A program made the translations under genes and the position numbers. From positions 130,944,001 through 131,008,000 of the forward strand of contig OX597816.1 in the NCBI GenBank assembly GCA_951406725.2: a stretch of DNA of 64,000 bases, in the 5' to 3' direction. Every line of letters starts with the position of its first letter. The stretch's first letter is position 1. Source of the DNA: Octopus vulgaris. Lineage: Eukaryota. Below, one piece after another: positions 39,610 to 52,746 of the stretch. The notes under the pieces were generated by a model that saw only the letters and a list, made by a program, of their open reading frames with translations, was not told the origin of the DNA and searched no databases.

Positions 39610-40281
39610 TATATGATTGTAAAATTCAAATAGTTAACAAAGATTGCTTTGGTTTTTGATTCACTGACTTTTAGTCGCACATTTTTATTTTTCAGATATG
39701 ATTAGAGATTTGACAGTTATCTTTGAGATTCCAAAGAGTTGTCATTTAAAATTGCAGCACCATCAACAGAAATTAATACAAATATTTTACAGTAGTACAT
39801 CTTTTTATAGGAATTTATTCATTACATAATGATGAAGCAGTAAGAAGTGTATCTCTATGAAATACACCTTAAGCATTGATATTAGTATGTAAGGGCCAAA
39901 ATGGTATTAATAAATGAAATTGGTATTTCCTGTTCTATTTACACAGTCAAATACCTCTGAAAAGTGAAAGCTTTTTAAAAGAATCATGTTACTTGCCGTG
40001 CAGTATTTGATTATTAAATTGCTTTTATTTTATATCACGTCGTTTATTTTTCAATATGCATTTTTTTCCTTTTAACGGGTTGAGAAAACAAATACCAGTA
40101 ATTTACTGGATTTCGATTTAGTCTTTTATAACTATTCTCTACAAATGTCAGCTTTTGTACCAACATGCAAAAGAAAAAGAATTGATATTCTTCATGAGAA
40201 AAAAATAAATAAGTGGTGAGTTTACTCATTTATTTAAAACATTTAGAAAATCTTGAGAAACGGACTACTTCTAAACCGTTA

Positions 40282-40368
40282 ACCACATCAAAGGAGAATT
40301 TTAATAAAGCCGCCTGCTTGGAGAAAGCAAAACCTTTGAAACTCACGAAACCTTTCGGGTATTTATAG
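40282..40368 (+). pseudogene. Putative decayed paralog of the 44213-44482 gene
   Basis: KENFNKAACLEKAKPLKLTKPF vs KDNCDKVTCL-RAMDCKLTKPL: 11 of 22 identical by eye; ends in TAG at 40366; no intact signal peptide. Confidence 0.5.
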
Positions 40369-40935
40369 GCGCCATTAGTAATTAAAGACAAAAGTCAAAT
40401 GAAAACTTCATTTAAGAAACTCTATGACAGGAAACCTTTTATTTTTCATAAACAAACGAAACATATTATTCTGTGATGATGGATATTTTTTTCTTTTTTA
40501 TATAGTCTCTTTTTAAGAATGTTTTGTAACTTTAGGGCAAGAAAAGTTCTTACAGAATCATACATATCCACGGTCGTAGGGAAGACGCAGAGACAGAGGC
40601 GCGCGCACATTCACACGCGCTCACACACGCATACACAAATAGGCGCACGCACACACACGACACATGCACGTACGTAAACAAGAGAAATTATATTACGATA
40701 TATTTAATAAACATATACTTTGACTTGCTGTGAAAATATATACCGTGAACAAAGCACAAGAACTTCAGCAGCTAAAAGTGAGGAACAAGCCGACTAGTTT
40801 CCTTTTTCATAAGAATTGTCAGACTTTGTTTATTTAGATACTAATCGGATTAATTCTCAAATTTTTTATACCAGATCTACTGTGGTGTATCTATGCAGGG
40901 CAGCCAAATAAATATTTATTAAACATATACATACA

Positions 40936-41097
40936 GGCGCAGGCGTGGCTGTGTGGTAAGAAGTTTGCTTCCCAATCACATGGTTCCGGATTCAGTGCCA
41001 CTGCGTGGCACCTCGGGCAAGTGTCTTCTACTATAGCCTCGGGCCGACCAAAGCCTCGTGAGTGGATTTGGTAGACAGAAACTGAAAGAAGCCCGTC

Positions 41098-41172
<75 letters not shown>

Positions 41173-41445
41173 TATGTATGTATGTATGTATGTATGTATG
41201 TATGTATGTATGTATGTATGTATGTATGTATGTATTGACCGCTAAATCCACAAGTTTTTATATTCTCTCTCTTTTCATTCTCTTTCTATTTATTCTCCTT
41301 CTGTTTATTTCCTCGTATTCCTTTCTATTGAAGAGCGTAGGCTCGAAACGTAAAAGACTTCCTGACCTTCCCGAGCGTCAAACTAATACACGTATTTGTT
41401 GTTTATACACCTGTCTTTGTCTTTTGTTTTCCTGTAAATTTCAAT

Positions 41446-41504
<59 letters not shown>

Positions 41505-41660
41505 TTGTGTGTCTGTGTTTGTCTCCCCACCAACGCTTGACAACCGTTGTTGGTGTGTTTACGTCCCCATAACTCAGCAGTACTAGGCTTACGAAGAATA
41601 AGTCCTAGGATTCATTTGTTCGACTAGAAGCGGTGCTCCGGCATGCGCAGGTAAAAAAAA
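40936..41660 (+). mobile_element. SINE family B interrupted in its microsatellite by a Penelope-type terminus
   Basis: Head 40936-41100, insert about 41236-41447, 3' half 41500-41660. Confidence 0.85.
41321..41356 (+). ncRNA. Minimal hammerhead-like motif (degenerate copy)
   Basis: CUUU-CUAUUGA-A-GAGC(GUAG)GCUC-GAAA-CG-UA-AAAG; G5 mutated. Confidence 0.45.
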
Positions 41661-41769
41661 ATTAAATTAAAAAAAACATAAAATCCATGTAGTTATTTAT
41701 TCATAATGGTGTGCATAAATGCGTTACATTTGGGATCAATATTCTTGATATCGCGTCTCGACTCGTTTC

Positions 41770-43600
41770 CTTAGATTTCGAGGACCTTTGAAACAATCCT
41801 TGCTGTTCCTGTTAGAACAGATTTCTGTATTAATGCAATTTTTGTAGTTACTTCTATCTTAGTAAGAGAACTACCAAGTCAGTTGATAACGGTACCTAGG
41901 ACGTCTATAACTTCTGGGATTAATTTTGAAGAAACCATCCACAATCTTCGCATTTTTCGTGCTAAGTCTTCATATTTTCTTATTTTTTCCTTTCCTTTAA
42001 GCACTACAGTCATATCAGCTCACATAGTCCTATCTGTGAGGATGCACTCTCTTGATATCTTTCTAGAATGATAATATCTGATCGTCTTTTTTGAATCTCA
42101 ATTAGTCTGTATAGTAAAGTCCCATAAAACCTTAAACAGATCATTCTTTGTCACACTCTCCGGTTAGCGTTAGTACATTTTCCGTTTACTTCAAAATCTC
42201 TTTGATGTAATATATCTAGTATAATGCTTTGGCTGCTTAATTGTATCGATGTTTTTAATCTTTATGTACCAAAGATCTATAATTATTTATTATGTGCGCA
42301 TCGGACTCATCTTTTGTCGTTATACAATCTGCTCTTAACACTTTCCGCAGATATCTTGTTTTGCCTTAATGATATTCGTTTATAATTCTTTCTACTATAA
42401 GCACAAGACCTGAAATTAGGGGGAGGGGGCTATTCGATTACATCGACCGCAGCACTTGACTGATACTTATTTCATCGACCCTGAAAGGATGAAAGGCAAA
42501 GTCGACCTCGGCGGAATTTGAACTCAGAACGTAGTGACAGACGAAATACTGCTAAGCATTTCGCCCGGCGTGCTAACGATTTTGCCAGCTCACTGCATTC
42601 GTTTATAATGACTGGCTTTTAGCAGCCATGAGTCGTTCTGGTTCTTTCTTGAATCTCTATTCTTCAACCATATCCCAAATTTCATCTGCTGCAATAGTCT
42701 GCGTTTGCTTGTGTTTGCAACCCTTTCCTCCCCCCACCCCAGATATTTCTTCCTCGCTCTTGTCTTCTTTTCTTTTATTCTTTGGTGGTCACCACAGCTT
42801 CTTTCTCCTCTCCTCTGGCAACTGAAAACAGTTTTTCTCAGCTATTTCTCATATACACTTCTATGTCACGTTTCTACCATGCCCGTGCAATCTTCTACCG
42901 ATATCAGTCCTCTCCTTCCTTCCTTCCTTCCTTCCTTCCTTCCTTCCTTCCTTCCTTCCTTCCTTCCTTCCTCCCTCCCTCCTTCCTTCCTCCTTCCCTC
43001 CCTTCCTTCCTTCTGTAGTAAGCAAAACCCATCAACACTGTCTCTAGCATGTAATGATCTATACATGGCCAATGTGTTTATAGTTTAACTGTCTATGTCT
43101 CTTAGTTCTTCTTGAATCTAATTCAGGAAAACAGAGAATTGTGTATTAAAGGCGCTGCCCATGTCCCTACAGCAGATATGATTTTCTCTCTATTCCATTT
43201 TGAGTTAGCGCCTTTTTTACTCCCCAACAATATCCATTTCTTCTCCTTCATTTCTTGAACTCTAAGTGTCTCCAATACACCAAGGTATTTGTCACTGTTA
43301 CCTTCGCTCATTGCTGTTATTAATATTTCATACGAGTATTTAAATCCTTTTGGCTTGGATAGTTTTCTCCTTATAACACCGCCCACTAATCTCTTCCAAA
43401 CTTCATTCAAGTGTCGTCACTCACAACTCTAATTAGTCAAGACCAATGAGTCTAAAGCTTTCTCACTTTTCGCAAATAATTTCAAGTCATCCATAAACAG
43501 TAGTGGTTTATTTTCTCACCATTGCTAAATTCGAATGACTTAATCTCTCTCAAGATGAACGTGAGAGAAATTAGAACAACTCATATAGCGGCTAGGTTTG
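41770..43600 (-). pseudogene. R4/Dong-like non-LTR retrotransposon (RT to RLE), decayed and interrupted
   Basis: LLFMDDLKLFAKSEKALDSL (about 43450-43505), DKYLGVLE, EKIISAVGTWAAPLI, EKIRKYEDLARKMRRLW..IDVLGTV..IQKSVLTGTARIVSKVL. Confidence 0.88.
42387..42596 (-). mobile_element. SINE family A inserted into the R4/Dong element
   Basis: Perfect 13-bp TSD ATTCGTTTATAAT at 42374-42386 and 42597-42609. Confidence 0.92.
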
Positions 43601-44044
43601 TTAAGTAATGAATAACAACAAGTGTTATTGGTGAAAAGATTCATCCTGATAGTGGAACCAAAATTAATTACAGTCTGAGATTTGAAGTTCTATCAGTTGA
43701 AACATACACACGCGCGCACATACATACATTCACACGCAGCCATTCGGGTACACGCATACACGCGCGTATACACACACACATATGCATATAGTGAGAGAGA
43801 GGGGAGAGAGAGAGAGAACAAAATTTTGAAGACAGTTCTATGATAAAAGTTTATGACAAAAACAGATGAAAAGTTATAAAAATCTTAAGTAGCATGAAAT
43901 TATTTAAATGTATTTTTTTAATTTTCAAACTGATTCATAGGTTGTAAGGAGATAACAAGAATCAGGATTACGAAACTGGCTTCGTTAATTATACAAACGA
44001 CGCAATCGTATTGTAATGGTTTTGTTAGTTTACAATCCTCAAAA

Positions 44045-44150
44045 AATCTTATCACATTTCACGATGACGTCATCCCAATTGCATTGTAATCACGTCATCG
44101 ATTAGTAAACAAACTTAGTATGATCCAAAAAGTGACGAAGTAAAAAGCCT
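44045..44150 (+). promoter_or_regulatory. Candidate proximal promoter: CRE, CCAAT, second bZIP site, FOX and GATA motifs
   Basis: GATGACGTCATC palindrome 44063-44074, CCAAT 44075, CACGTCATC 44091, GTAAACAAA 44105, CTTATC 44048; all within 170 bp of the ATG. Confidence 0.55.
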
Positions 44151-44212
44151 GCAACAAAAGTTATAGCCAATCTTTTTGAAAAAAGAAAGCCTTTGAAAAT
44201 CGAAAACTCGGA

Positions 44213-44482
44213 ATGAATTCACTTTTTGTAACCGTTTTGGTTTTACTTGCTGTTGTGACAGTGGCTTACGCTGATTGCAAAATGCGCGAAACGGAAACAT
44301 GCTGGGAAAAGGACAATTGCGATAAGGTTACATGTCTTCGTGCTATGGACTGCAAACTCACAAAGCCGTTAGAAGCGATTCAGTTCTTTTGCAACGCTGG
44401 CACAATTAGCCGAATCAGTTTCGTTACTCTGTTTTTTATAACCCTTTTACAACTGGCAAATCAGTTTGAACAATGTATATAA
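44213..44482 (+). CDS. Small secreted or GPI-anchored cysteine-rich protein, 89 aa, uncharacterised
   Basis: ATG start; signal peptide residues 1-20 ending A-Y-A; six Cys (22,30,36,41,47,60); omega-like N-A-G at 61-63; polar spacer; hydrophobic tail FVTLFFITLLQLA; non-repetitive sequence; AATAAA at 44726. Confidence 0.8.
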   Translation: MNSLFVTVLVLLAVVTVAYADCKMRETETCWEKDNCDKVTCLRAMDCKLTKPLEAIQFFCNAGTISRISFVTLFFITLLQLANQFEQCI

Positions 44483-44725
44483 TCTGATATTTCGAGTGAT
44501 TTTATAAAGCATACATAACCATTTCGTTTATAGCAAAATTTCAGCATAAAGATTTCTGTACATTTTTTTTTTCAAATATTCAATATAGTTTCGTGTGGAA
44601 TTTCTTGAGGCTTTTCGTTTACAAACACACAATCGCACGGAGACATGCGCGCGCGCGTACACAGACACAGACACACACACACACACAAACAAACAAATAT
44701 ACACACATGTATGTATATAATCTTT

Positions 44726-44731
44726 AATAAA
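44726..44731 (+). terminator. Candidate polyadenylation signal
   Basis: First AATAAA after the stop codon (about 245 nt downstream), immediately followed by ATTAAA. Confidence 0.4.
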
Positions 44732-44791
44732 TTAAAAACCACAGAAGTGAAATCATATATAATAACATTTATGTCGGTATGTATGTGTGTG

Positions 44792-44910
<119 letters not shown>

Positions 44911-45032
44911 GGAGCTTCTACAGGATAGAACTCTACTAGTCCTGTAAACTCCTTCTATAAAATAAATTAATTTACTCTGCTATGTATTGAGTACCTTATT
45001 TACTGTGGTTAACCCCGACTCAACCCGGGACC

Positions 45033-45125
<93 letters not shown>

Positions 45126-45552
45126 GTATATATATATATGTATATATATGTATATATGTATATATAAACAGGAATATATTCAGTGCTGAATCTTATTCTG
45201 CATAAACACGTGTACCGAGATGCACTTCGAAAAGCCCGCCTCTTACATAGATGAATAGGTGTGAACAATTCTATGTAGTATGCTGGATATATTTGGTGTT
45301 CGTCTGGTATGTTGAATTCTTGTTCATTTTTATGTGCCTTGATTATGTATGCACTGACGATTAAAAAGTACATTTTGGGCACTAATTATGAAATCATATG
45401 ATCTGCAGCTGAATCTGTTTTTAAAAGGCTCGCTTCGAGAGTTGCATTCCTTCGCGTTCGGTACAATGTGTTTATTATGGTAGTTTTGACTTTAAGAGTT
45501 CCTCCTAGCATGAGGCTTTTATGTATAGTAATGCCCTTAATATATATATATA

Positions 45553-45970
45553 CTTTTATTCTTTTACAATTTCAGTCATTTGACTGCAGCCATGCTGGAG
45601 CTCCACCTTGAAGGTTTTTTTAGTGGAAAAAACCGACCTCAGGACTTATTCTCTGTCAGCCTAGTACTTATCTTTTGCCAAACCACTAAGTTACGAGGGC
45701 GTAAAGACACCAATGTCTGTTGTCAAGAGATGGTGGGGGACAAACACGGACACAAAGACACACACACACACAAAAATATATACTTTTCTACTCAAGACAC
45801 GAGGTCCGAAATTTTGGGAGAGTGGGCCAGTCGATTAGATCGACCCCAGTACGCAACTGGTACTTAATTTATCGACCCCGAAAGGATGAAAGGCAAAGTA
45901 AGCCTCAACGGAATTTGAACTCAGAACGTTTCTACCTGCTCGCCGCCTTAACACACACAAATAAATATAC

Positions 45971-46067
<97 letters not shown>

Positions 46068-46215
46068 CAAGCTTTTTCGATTTCTATCTAACAAATCCAC
46101 TCACATGGCTTTGGTCGGCCCGAAGCTATGGTAGAAGACATTGACCTAAAATGTCACGCAATGGGACTGAACCCGGAACCATGTGGTTGCGAAGCAAGCT
46201 TCCTACCACACGTCA
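45553..46215 (-). mobile_element. SINE family B with a nested SINE A (about 45784-45950)
   Basis: B 3' half 45553-45770, A insert, B head 46065-46215; ACACACACAAA..AATATA on both sides of the insert. Confidence 0.85.
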
Positions 46216-46216
46216 T

Positions 46217-46248
<32 letters not shown>

Positions 46249-46506
46249 ATTGAGAGAGAGAGAGAGAGAGAGAGAAGAGAGAGAGAAGAGTGACAGAAAG
46301 AGAGAGACGCATGTAAACTTACAATCAAATGCACACATATATGGATGTATGGGTGTATGTATATGCATATATGTCTGTATGTACATATGAGTACGTATAT
46401 TTGTGCACGCGTGTCTGTGTGTCTGTGTGTTTAGTCATATATGATTGTTTATGTATATTTTTTTCTGATATTATGAGGTCATTAGAAGTAATCTGAGTTG
46501 GCAGAC

Positions 46507-46560
46507 AAAATAATTACGTCCCTTTTGCGTGATAAAATAATTACGTCCCTTCACGTGATC
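46507..46560. repeat. Tandem duplication, 27-bp period
   Basis: AAAATAATTACGTCCCTT..CGTGAT occurs twice. Confidence 0.85.
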
Positions 46561-47073
46561 TAATTGCACCTCCTCAGTTGAAATCCCACTTTAATCAAAT
46601 TTGTATTTCAGCCTTTAGGGGTAGATGAGGTGATCAAATCAACTATATCCCACAAGCTAAAATGTTATATAATCTTCAGCCGAAGTTAAATATTAGAGTC
46701 ATTTTATTAAAGTTCATGTTGCATGTCAAATTAGTGACTTTCATGAATGGTTTCAGTCACAGATAATTTTTCATGTTTTCTATGAGAGAAGGTTGCGTGT
46801 CCTTCGCTCACCCCTTATCAGTTTCTTTGAGTGGATTTCTACTTCACTTCTCGGTAATAGTTGGTCGATTCGGAGGGAGTGAAAACAGACAGATTATATA
46901 TTTAACGAATCCGTAAGGGATTTGAACTTACAACGCAGAGACATACAGCAAATACACCGAGCTATTTTTATCTGATGCCTTAAACAGGTCAACCAAATCG
47001 CTGTCATTTCGATTCATTAATGACATATCATACAAGAAACGTGTGTATTCTATATATATGTGTGTGTGTGTGT

Positions 47074-47145
<72 letters not shown>

Positions 47146-47149
47146 CTAG

Positions 47150-47328
47150 ATATAGGGGAGAATTCACGAAAAAAAACAAAAGACGAAGACAAGTGGTGTA
47201 GAAAGCAAACAGATGTATTAGTATTCCCGCTCGGGAATTGAAAAAGTCTTTTATGTTTCGAGCCTATGCTCTTCCACAGAAAGGGACACAGAAAGAATCA
47301 AGGAGAGAAAAAAATGTGTGTAGTGGCT

Positions 47329-47335
<7 letters not shown>
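47150..47335 (-). mobile_element. Penelope-type terminal fragment with hammerhead-like motif (47248-47283)
   Basis: Homologous to 41236-41447 and 62640-62930; minus RNA CUUU-CUGUGGA-A-GAGC(AUAG)GCUC-GAAA-CA-UA-AAAG. Confidence 0.65.
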
Positions 47336-47403
<68 letters not shown>

Positions 47404-47748
47404 GAGGGCATTATTATACATACATGCCACACGCTAAGAGGACAAAATTAGTCATTTCTACCAAAAATTTTACTAAACCCACCGAATGCAATTTTCAAAG
47501 TAAGACATTTAAAAATATGGACTTGTATCACCTGTGATTTCATACCTCTGTATTCATCAGCAAGCCTGGACGTATCATATATAAACGACCCTACCTCGTC
47601 TAAGCCGAGCAGCTAACTAACTGATCAACATCAACGAAGCACATAGTTGTTTACATATATTATAAATGACTTTTACGAATTGCATTTCGGGAAAGGAAAA
47701 GTTTTTTATAAAAATTTAGCAATTAAGGACAAATTAAGAAGTTGTCCT

Positions 47749-47818
<70 letters not shown>

Positions 47819-47854
47819 TATGTATGTATGTATATATATATAAGTATATATATG

Positions 47855-47885
<31 letters not shown>

Positions 47886-47907
47886 ATGTATATATACATG
47901 TATATTC

Positions 47908-47976
<69 letters not shown>

Positions 47977-48329
47977 TTGTTAGGAAATTGTAAATTATAA
48001 TGTTAAGTTAAACAGGTAAACAGTTTTTCATGTGGCACAGTAAGGTCAGGATGAAGTCCATTGTCAAAATGGGGTAGGTTAGGTGTTATCAATCAAAACT
48101 GTGAAACTATAAGATTGGCTAGACCTTGGCAAACCTTTATAAGCAGAGATAATTTTACCCCACCCCAGTTTTTGTGACAGTTTTTTTTTTTTCTATTAGA
48201 CAAAGTTGGTCAATTGGTGTGTTGTTCGAGTTCATGACTTGAAAGTATGTACGATCCATGTGAGTACTGTAATTCTTAACCTGTTATTTTAAACCTGTTA
48301 ATTCCTGAATTGTTGAATTTGTTGGAATT

Positions 48330-49330
48330 TTTTATTTGTCTTCCCCATTCATAGGTGAAGTAACGAATAATAGACCAGTGCAAGTGGGCAGTTATGCTGC
48401 AGTGACTGGCAAAAGCCTGTCAGCGGAGCTACTGCAAGTCCGTGAAATAGAAGTTAAAGACAAGAATTTCAAGAAGTATAACGACATGTTGAAAAAGGAG
48501 GGAAACTGTATTAGGCTGACATCTCCCAAAGGAAGTTATTGAGAATACCGAGAAAAGAACTATTATCTACAAAACGTTAAACATAGCAACGAAGAAAGAA
48601 ATAGCAGCGACGGAAGCTGTAGAAGAGTGTTTGAAAGAGGTGAAGGAATGTACCACGTTCTACACCAGAGGACGGAAATTCGGCACGGTGGATGTGCGCT
48701 TTGTAAACGGAAATGAAGCAAAGAAATACTCCACTGTGCCCTTGAGATCAGCTGAATAGGCACTACTGCCTACTTACTGTGGCAAACGTGCGGCCAGAGT
48801 AAGGATAGGTAGAGTACCTCCTGAAATTGACAGGCATGATGGTGGCAGCCATCCTCTACCACATAGAGGAAGATGCAGAAATTTTGAATATGTCCAAAAC
48901 TACGGAGTTGAACTGATGGAGATATGTCATAAAGGTGACGGTCCATATAAGTCTGTCAGACCTAGATAACATTGTGAAAGAGCTAGTTTAGCAGGATGAA
49001 ACTAGATTGAGGATTGTTGTGGAGGGTAGACCTCCAATATGTCCCTGAAACCCCCAGAAACACGAGGAGGAAATGACAGAAAAAGAAATTCAAGAAGAGA
49101 GGACAGCCGTAGAGGAAGAAAAAATGGAGGAGCCATTTACGGTGGTGAAAAGAAAAAAGAACTTAGAATCACCACCAAAAATCCCCAAGGAGAAAAAAAG
49201 AAAGACAAACGAAGAGGAGAATAAGAAAGAAAAGAGAAAAAATGGAAAACCAAAAGAAAAACCAAGTGAAATGCGAACGCACGAACCGTCGCCTTCAACT
49301 AGCTAGGAAGAAGGAGTACGAAAGAAGAAA
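48330..49330 (+). pseudogene. L1/Tx1-type ORF1 remnant
   Basis: SYAAVTG..GTVDVRFVN..LLPTYCGKRAARVRIGRVPPEI..LRIVVEGRPPIC, then a K/E-rich tail with FTVVKRKK; multiple stops. Confidence 0.65.
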
Positions 49331-49332
49331 GG

Positions 49333-49502
49333 AAATGAGAAAGGAAGGGGTGATAGATGAATAAAGAAGGAAGTGGTGATGTCATATTTTTTCATAGCTT
49401 TCCCATGATTACCGAGATAATCTACTATAATAATATCTTGTGTTTATGAATGAGAAAAGAAGGGGTGATAGATGAATAAGGAAGGAAGGGGTGATGTCAT
49501 AA
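49333..49502. repeat. About 53-bp direct duplication
   Basis: AATGAGAAA(G/A)GAAGGGGTGATAGATGAATAA(A/G)GAAGGAAG(T/G)GGTGATGTCATA occurs twice. Confidence 0.85.
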
Positions 49503-49689
49503 GTGGTAGTGGGATGATGAAAATTGTACGCTGAAAAATTAAATCAAACAGCTTTTCAAATCTGTGTGAATATATGTCTGGGTATGTAAAAGAGGGTATG
49601 TGAATGTGTGTTTGTGTGTGTGCATGTGAGTTTATTTTTTGATTTGGTTGAATCTTGGCTTTTGTTTTTTTTTTGTTGGTCAGTTATTT

Positions 49690-49797
49690 TTAGCGTTTTA
49701 ACCGTAAGCGTGCCGAAACAAGTCGAATGCTTACCACAGAGCAGGTTTTACAACCACATCGTCCAAACCGACAGGGTGAAACCTAGCTTAGCTGCTA

Positions 49798-49798
<1 letters not shown>
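49690..49798 (+). mobile_element. Possible Helitron 3' end
   Basis: Ends AGGGTGAAACCTAGCTTAGCTGCTAG|T, with a degenerate hairpin. Confidence 0.35.
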
Positions 49799-49872
<74 letters not shown>

Positions 49873-50050
49873 CATATATGTATAAATTTGCATATATGTA
49901 TATGTATATGTATATGTATATATATATATGCATATATACGTATATAAGTATATGTATATATATATACATATATATATATGTATATATGTATATATGTATA
50001 TATGCATATATATGTGTATATATGTATATATACTTATATATGTATATATA

Positions 50051-50139
<89 letters not shown>

Positions 50140-51559
50140 GCATATATGCATATATATGTATGCATATATATGTATATATGTATATATTTAATGACCGAAA
50201 CTAATAAAAGATAAAAAGTGTGTGTGTGTGTGTATGGTTATATTGTTCCGCTAAGAACTGATCTCTGGTTAAATAACAATATCCATAATTTACCGTAGAG
50301 AATACAAGACAAAAAAAACAATTTATAAATGTATTATAAAAGAGGTTAATTCTTAGTCGATTTCCACTAACTATAACATATAAACTAGAATAACATATAA
50401 ACTTTTAATATAAGAAATGGAAATCACTGCTTACTGAAGAAAAGAAAACGTCATTACAGAATATCAAAATGATTTGTAACTCAGGCCAACGGCAGAGGAA
50501 AGGACACAGTTTACATAACTGACCTTCTTACATGACCGTTTTATTGAGCCTGTAAGGATGACAGCAAAATTGGTCTCAGCAGGATTTGAATTCCATGGGT
50601 AGAGAACTATACATTGTACCACAATATGTCAAAAAACATTTTGTCCAACCATCCTCTAGCAGGCTATCAGGTCCCGTTCTACAAAAAAAAAAATTGCACA
50701 ATATTTGATGGATTCTGCTCGTGAGTTTCCTGTTTAGCTCATGTTTTCATAAAACACTCGTTCACGCAAAAAAAAGGAGTTAAGACATCGCCATCGAATG
50801 ATGTATGGAAAAATTAGAGAATTTTTTCCTACGTATTCTTCTGTCAAGAATCATGTTCTAGTTTGTCTTGCAATTTTTCATAGAAACATACAAATAGACA
50901 ATTTCGCCAACAGTCTGATTACGTATATCAACAAAAGAATTCGCTCTCTTTTCAATAAATCTTACTTTTTACTTCTTTCTCCTCCCACCACTCTTTCTCT
51001 ATCTATCACTTACATGTCATATATATGTGTATGAGTATGCGTGCGTGTATGTGTCAATACAGATATGAGTACGTGTGTTGTGTATGTAATATAAAGGGTT
51101 GTCAAAGGACGACATATTGAAAACAAAAGACACCAACCAGTTAATCAACAAATGATGAATTTCTTACCTTACTGCTGCTGCTAACGATGTCGCTACGACT
51201 GCTGCTACTGCTGTTGCTGCTGCTGTCCGAGCAGCTGTTTTGATTGTCGTTCCTGTTGTTCAATGTCCAATCTAACTCCCCACTTCCTAACTTCCACTCT
51301 CTGTCTCTTAAACTCCTTGTGTCTCGTCATCTCTTCGTGTTCTTACTCTTTATCTTTTAGTTTGATGATTGGTAGAGATGGAAGAAATATTCTTCAAGAA
51401 GCTCAAGTGCACTTGGAATAATGGCAATAGTTAACACTTTCCATGTTCTCCCAAAAGTTCTTGCGATTACAGAAGTTAGGACAGTCAGTTATGAACTTAT
51501 GCACAGCAGCGAGCAATTTCACAAACGTGTGCATGTGTGTGTGCGCGCACGTGCGTGCA

Positions 51560-51602
<43 letters not shown>

Positions 51603-51789
51603 CGTGTTACTGGTCGCAAAGTTAAACAATGAATGGCTGTGGTAATCAAAAGAAAGATGGCCGCTGATGTAAAGGGATTTTTATAAGTTTTAGTCAAGAG
51701 CCGAGAAGAACCGTGCAATGTGGCCAGTTTATTCCCAGCAAATGCGGTTCACAGCGCATATTCTGAGAGTTGGTGTTTGGTGTCTATGG

Positions 51790-51855
51790 TAGCGTTGGTG
51801 CTGGTGGTGCTGGTGATAGTGGAGGTGGCGTTGGTAGTGTAGGGTGGTTTTGACG

Positions 51856-51926
<71 letters not shown>

Positions 51927-51933
51927 AGTAGTA

Positions 51934-51979
<46 letters not shown>

Positions 51980-52160
51980 CAGCAGCAGAATTGTTGGTGC
52001 CTCAGGCAGTTTTGTGGTGCCGGTGTTGTTGTTGTTATAGTAGCTGGTAGTAGCGGATGTGGTGGAGGTGTTGGTGGTGATGTTTGGTAGGTGGTAGTGG
52101 GAAGTGGTGGTGTTTGGTAGGTGGTAGTAGGAAGTGGTGGTGGTGGTGGTGGTGGTGGAA
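51790..52160. repeat. (AGT)n/(GGT)n triplet tract with 30-bp internal duplication
   Basis: Read directly; TGTTTGGTAGGTGGTAGT(G/A)GGAAGTGGTGG occurs twice. Confidence 0.9.
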
Positions 52161-52494
52161 TCACCGATTGTTTGGTGTTGTAGCAAAGGCGGCTGGTTGT
52201 AATCTAACAGGGGCACAATTGCGTCCCTTCCCACACAACCAAAATATAAAGATTAAAAAAAAAATTGAGATGCCGGCAAATACAGACCAAAGATGAAAGG
52301 AAACCCTTATTTTATTTTCTTCTCTAAAGCAAAACAAGAAGAAAAAGTTAAGACCGAGGAAATGGAAGAAAAAAAAGCTAACGATAGTAAAACGTTCCAC
52401 TATGTATGTGTGTGTGTGTGTGTGTGTTTATAAACATTTATAAACATATATGTATATAATCACACACACATATATACTTATATATATGTATATA

Positions 52495-52561
<67 letters not shown>

Positions 52562-52714
52562 ATATATCTATATATACACATATTTATATATGTACATTTA
52601 TGTAATATACATATATATATATACATGAGTGTCTATGTATGACTTGTATGTGCGTCTCTATGTATGGGTACGTCTTCAGATATATTGTGTAAGGGTGTAT
52701 ATAAGAAAAGAGTT

Positions 52715-52746
<32 letters not shown>

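Noticed and set aside
44213-44482. Naming the small gene as Ly6/uPAR, a conotoxin-like peptide or a defensin
   Set aside because: Cys number and spacing match none of these as far as I can judge without a search, so no symbol was assigned.
49039-49306. Lys/Glu-rich ORFs as a host protein
   Set aside because: Contiguous with the stop-riddled L1/Tx1 ORF1 remnant; interpreted as its low-complexity tail.
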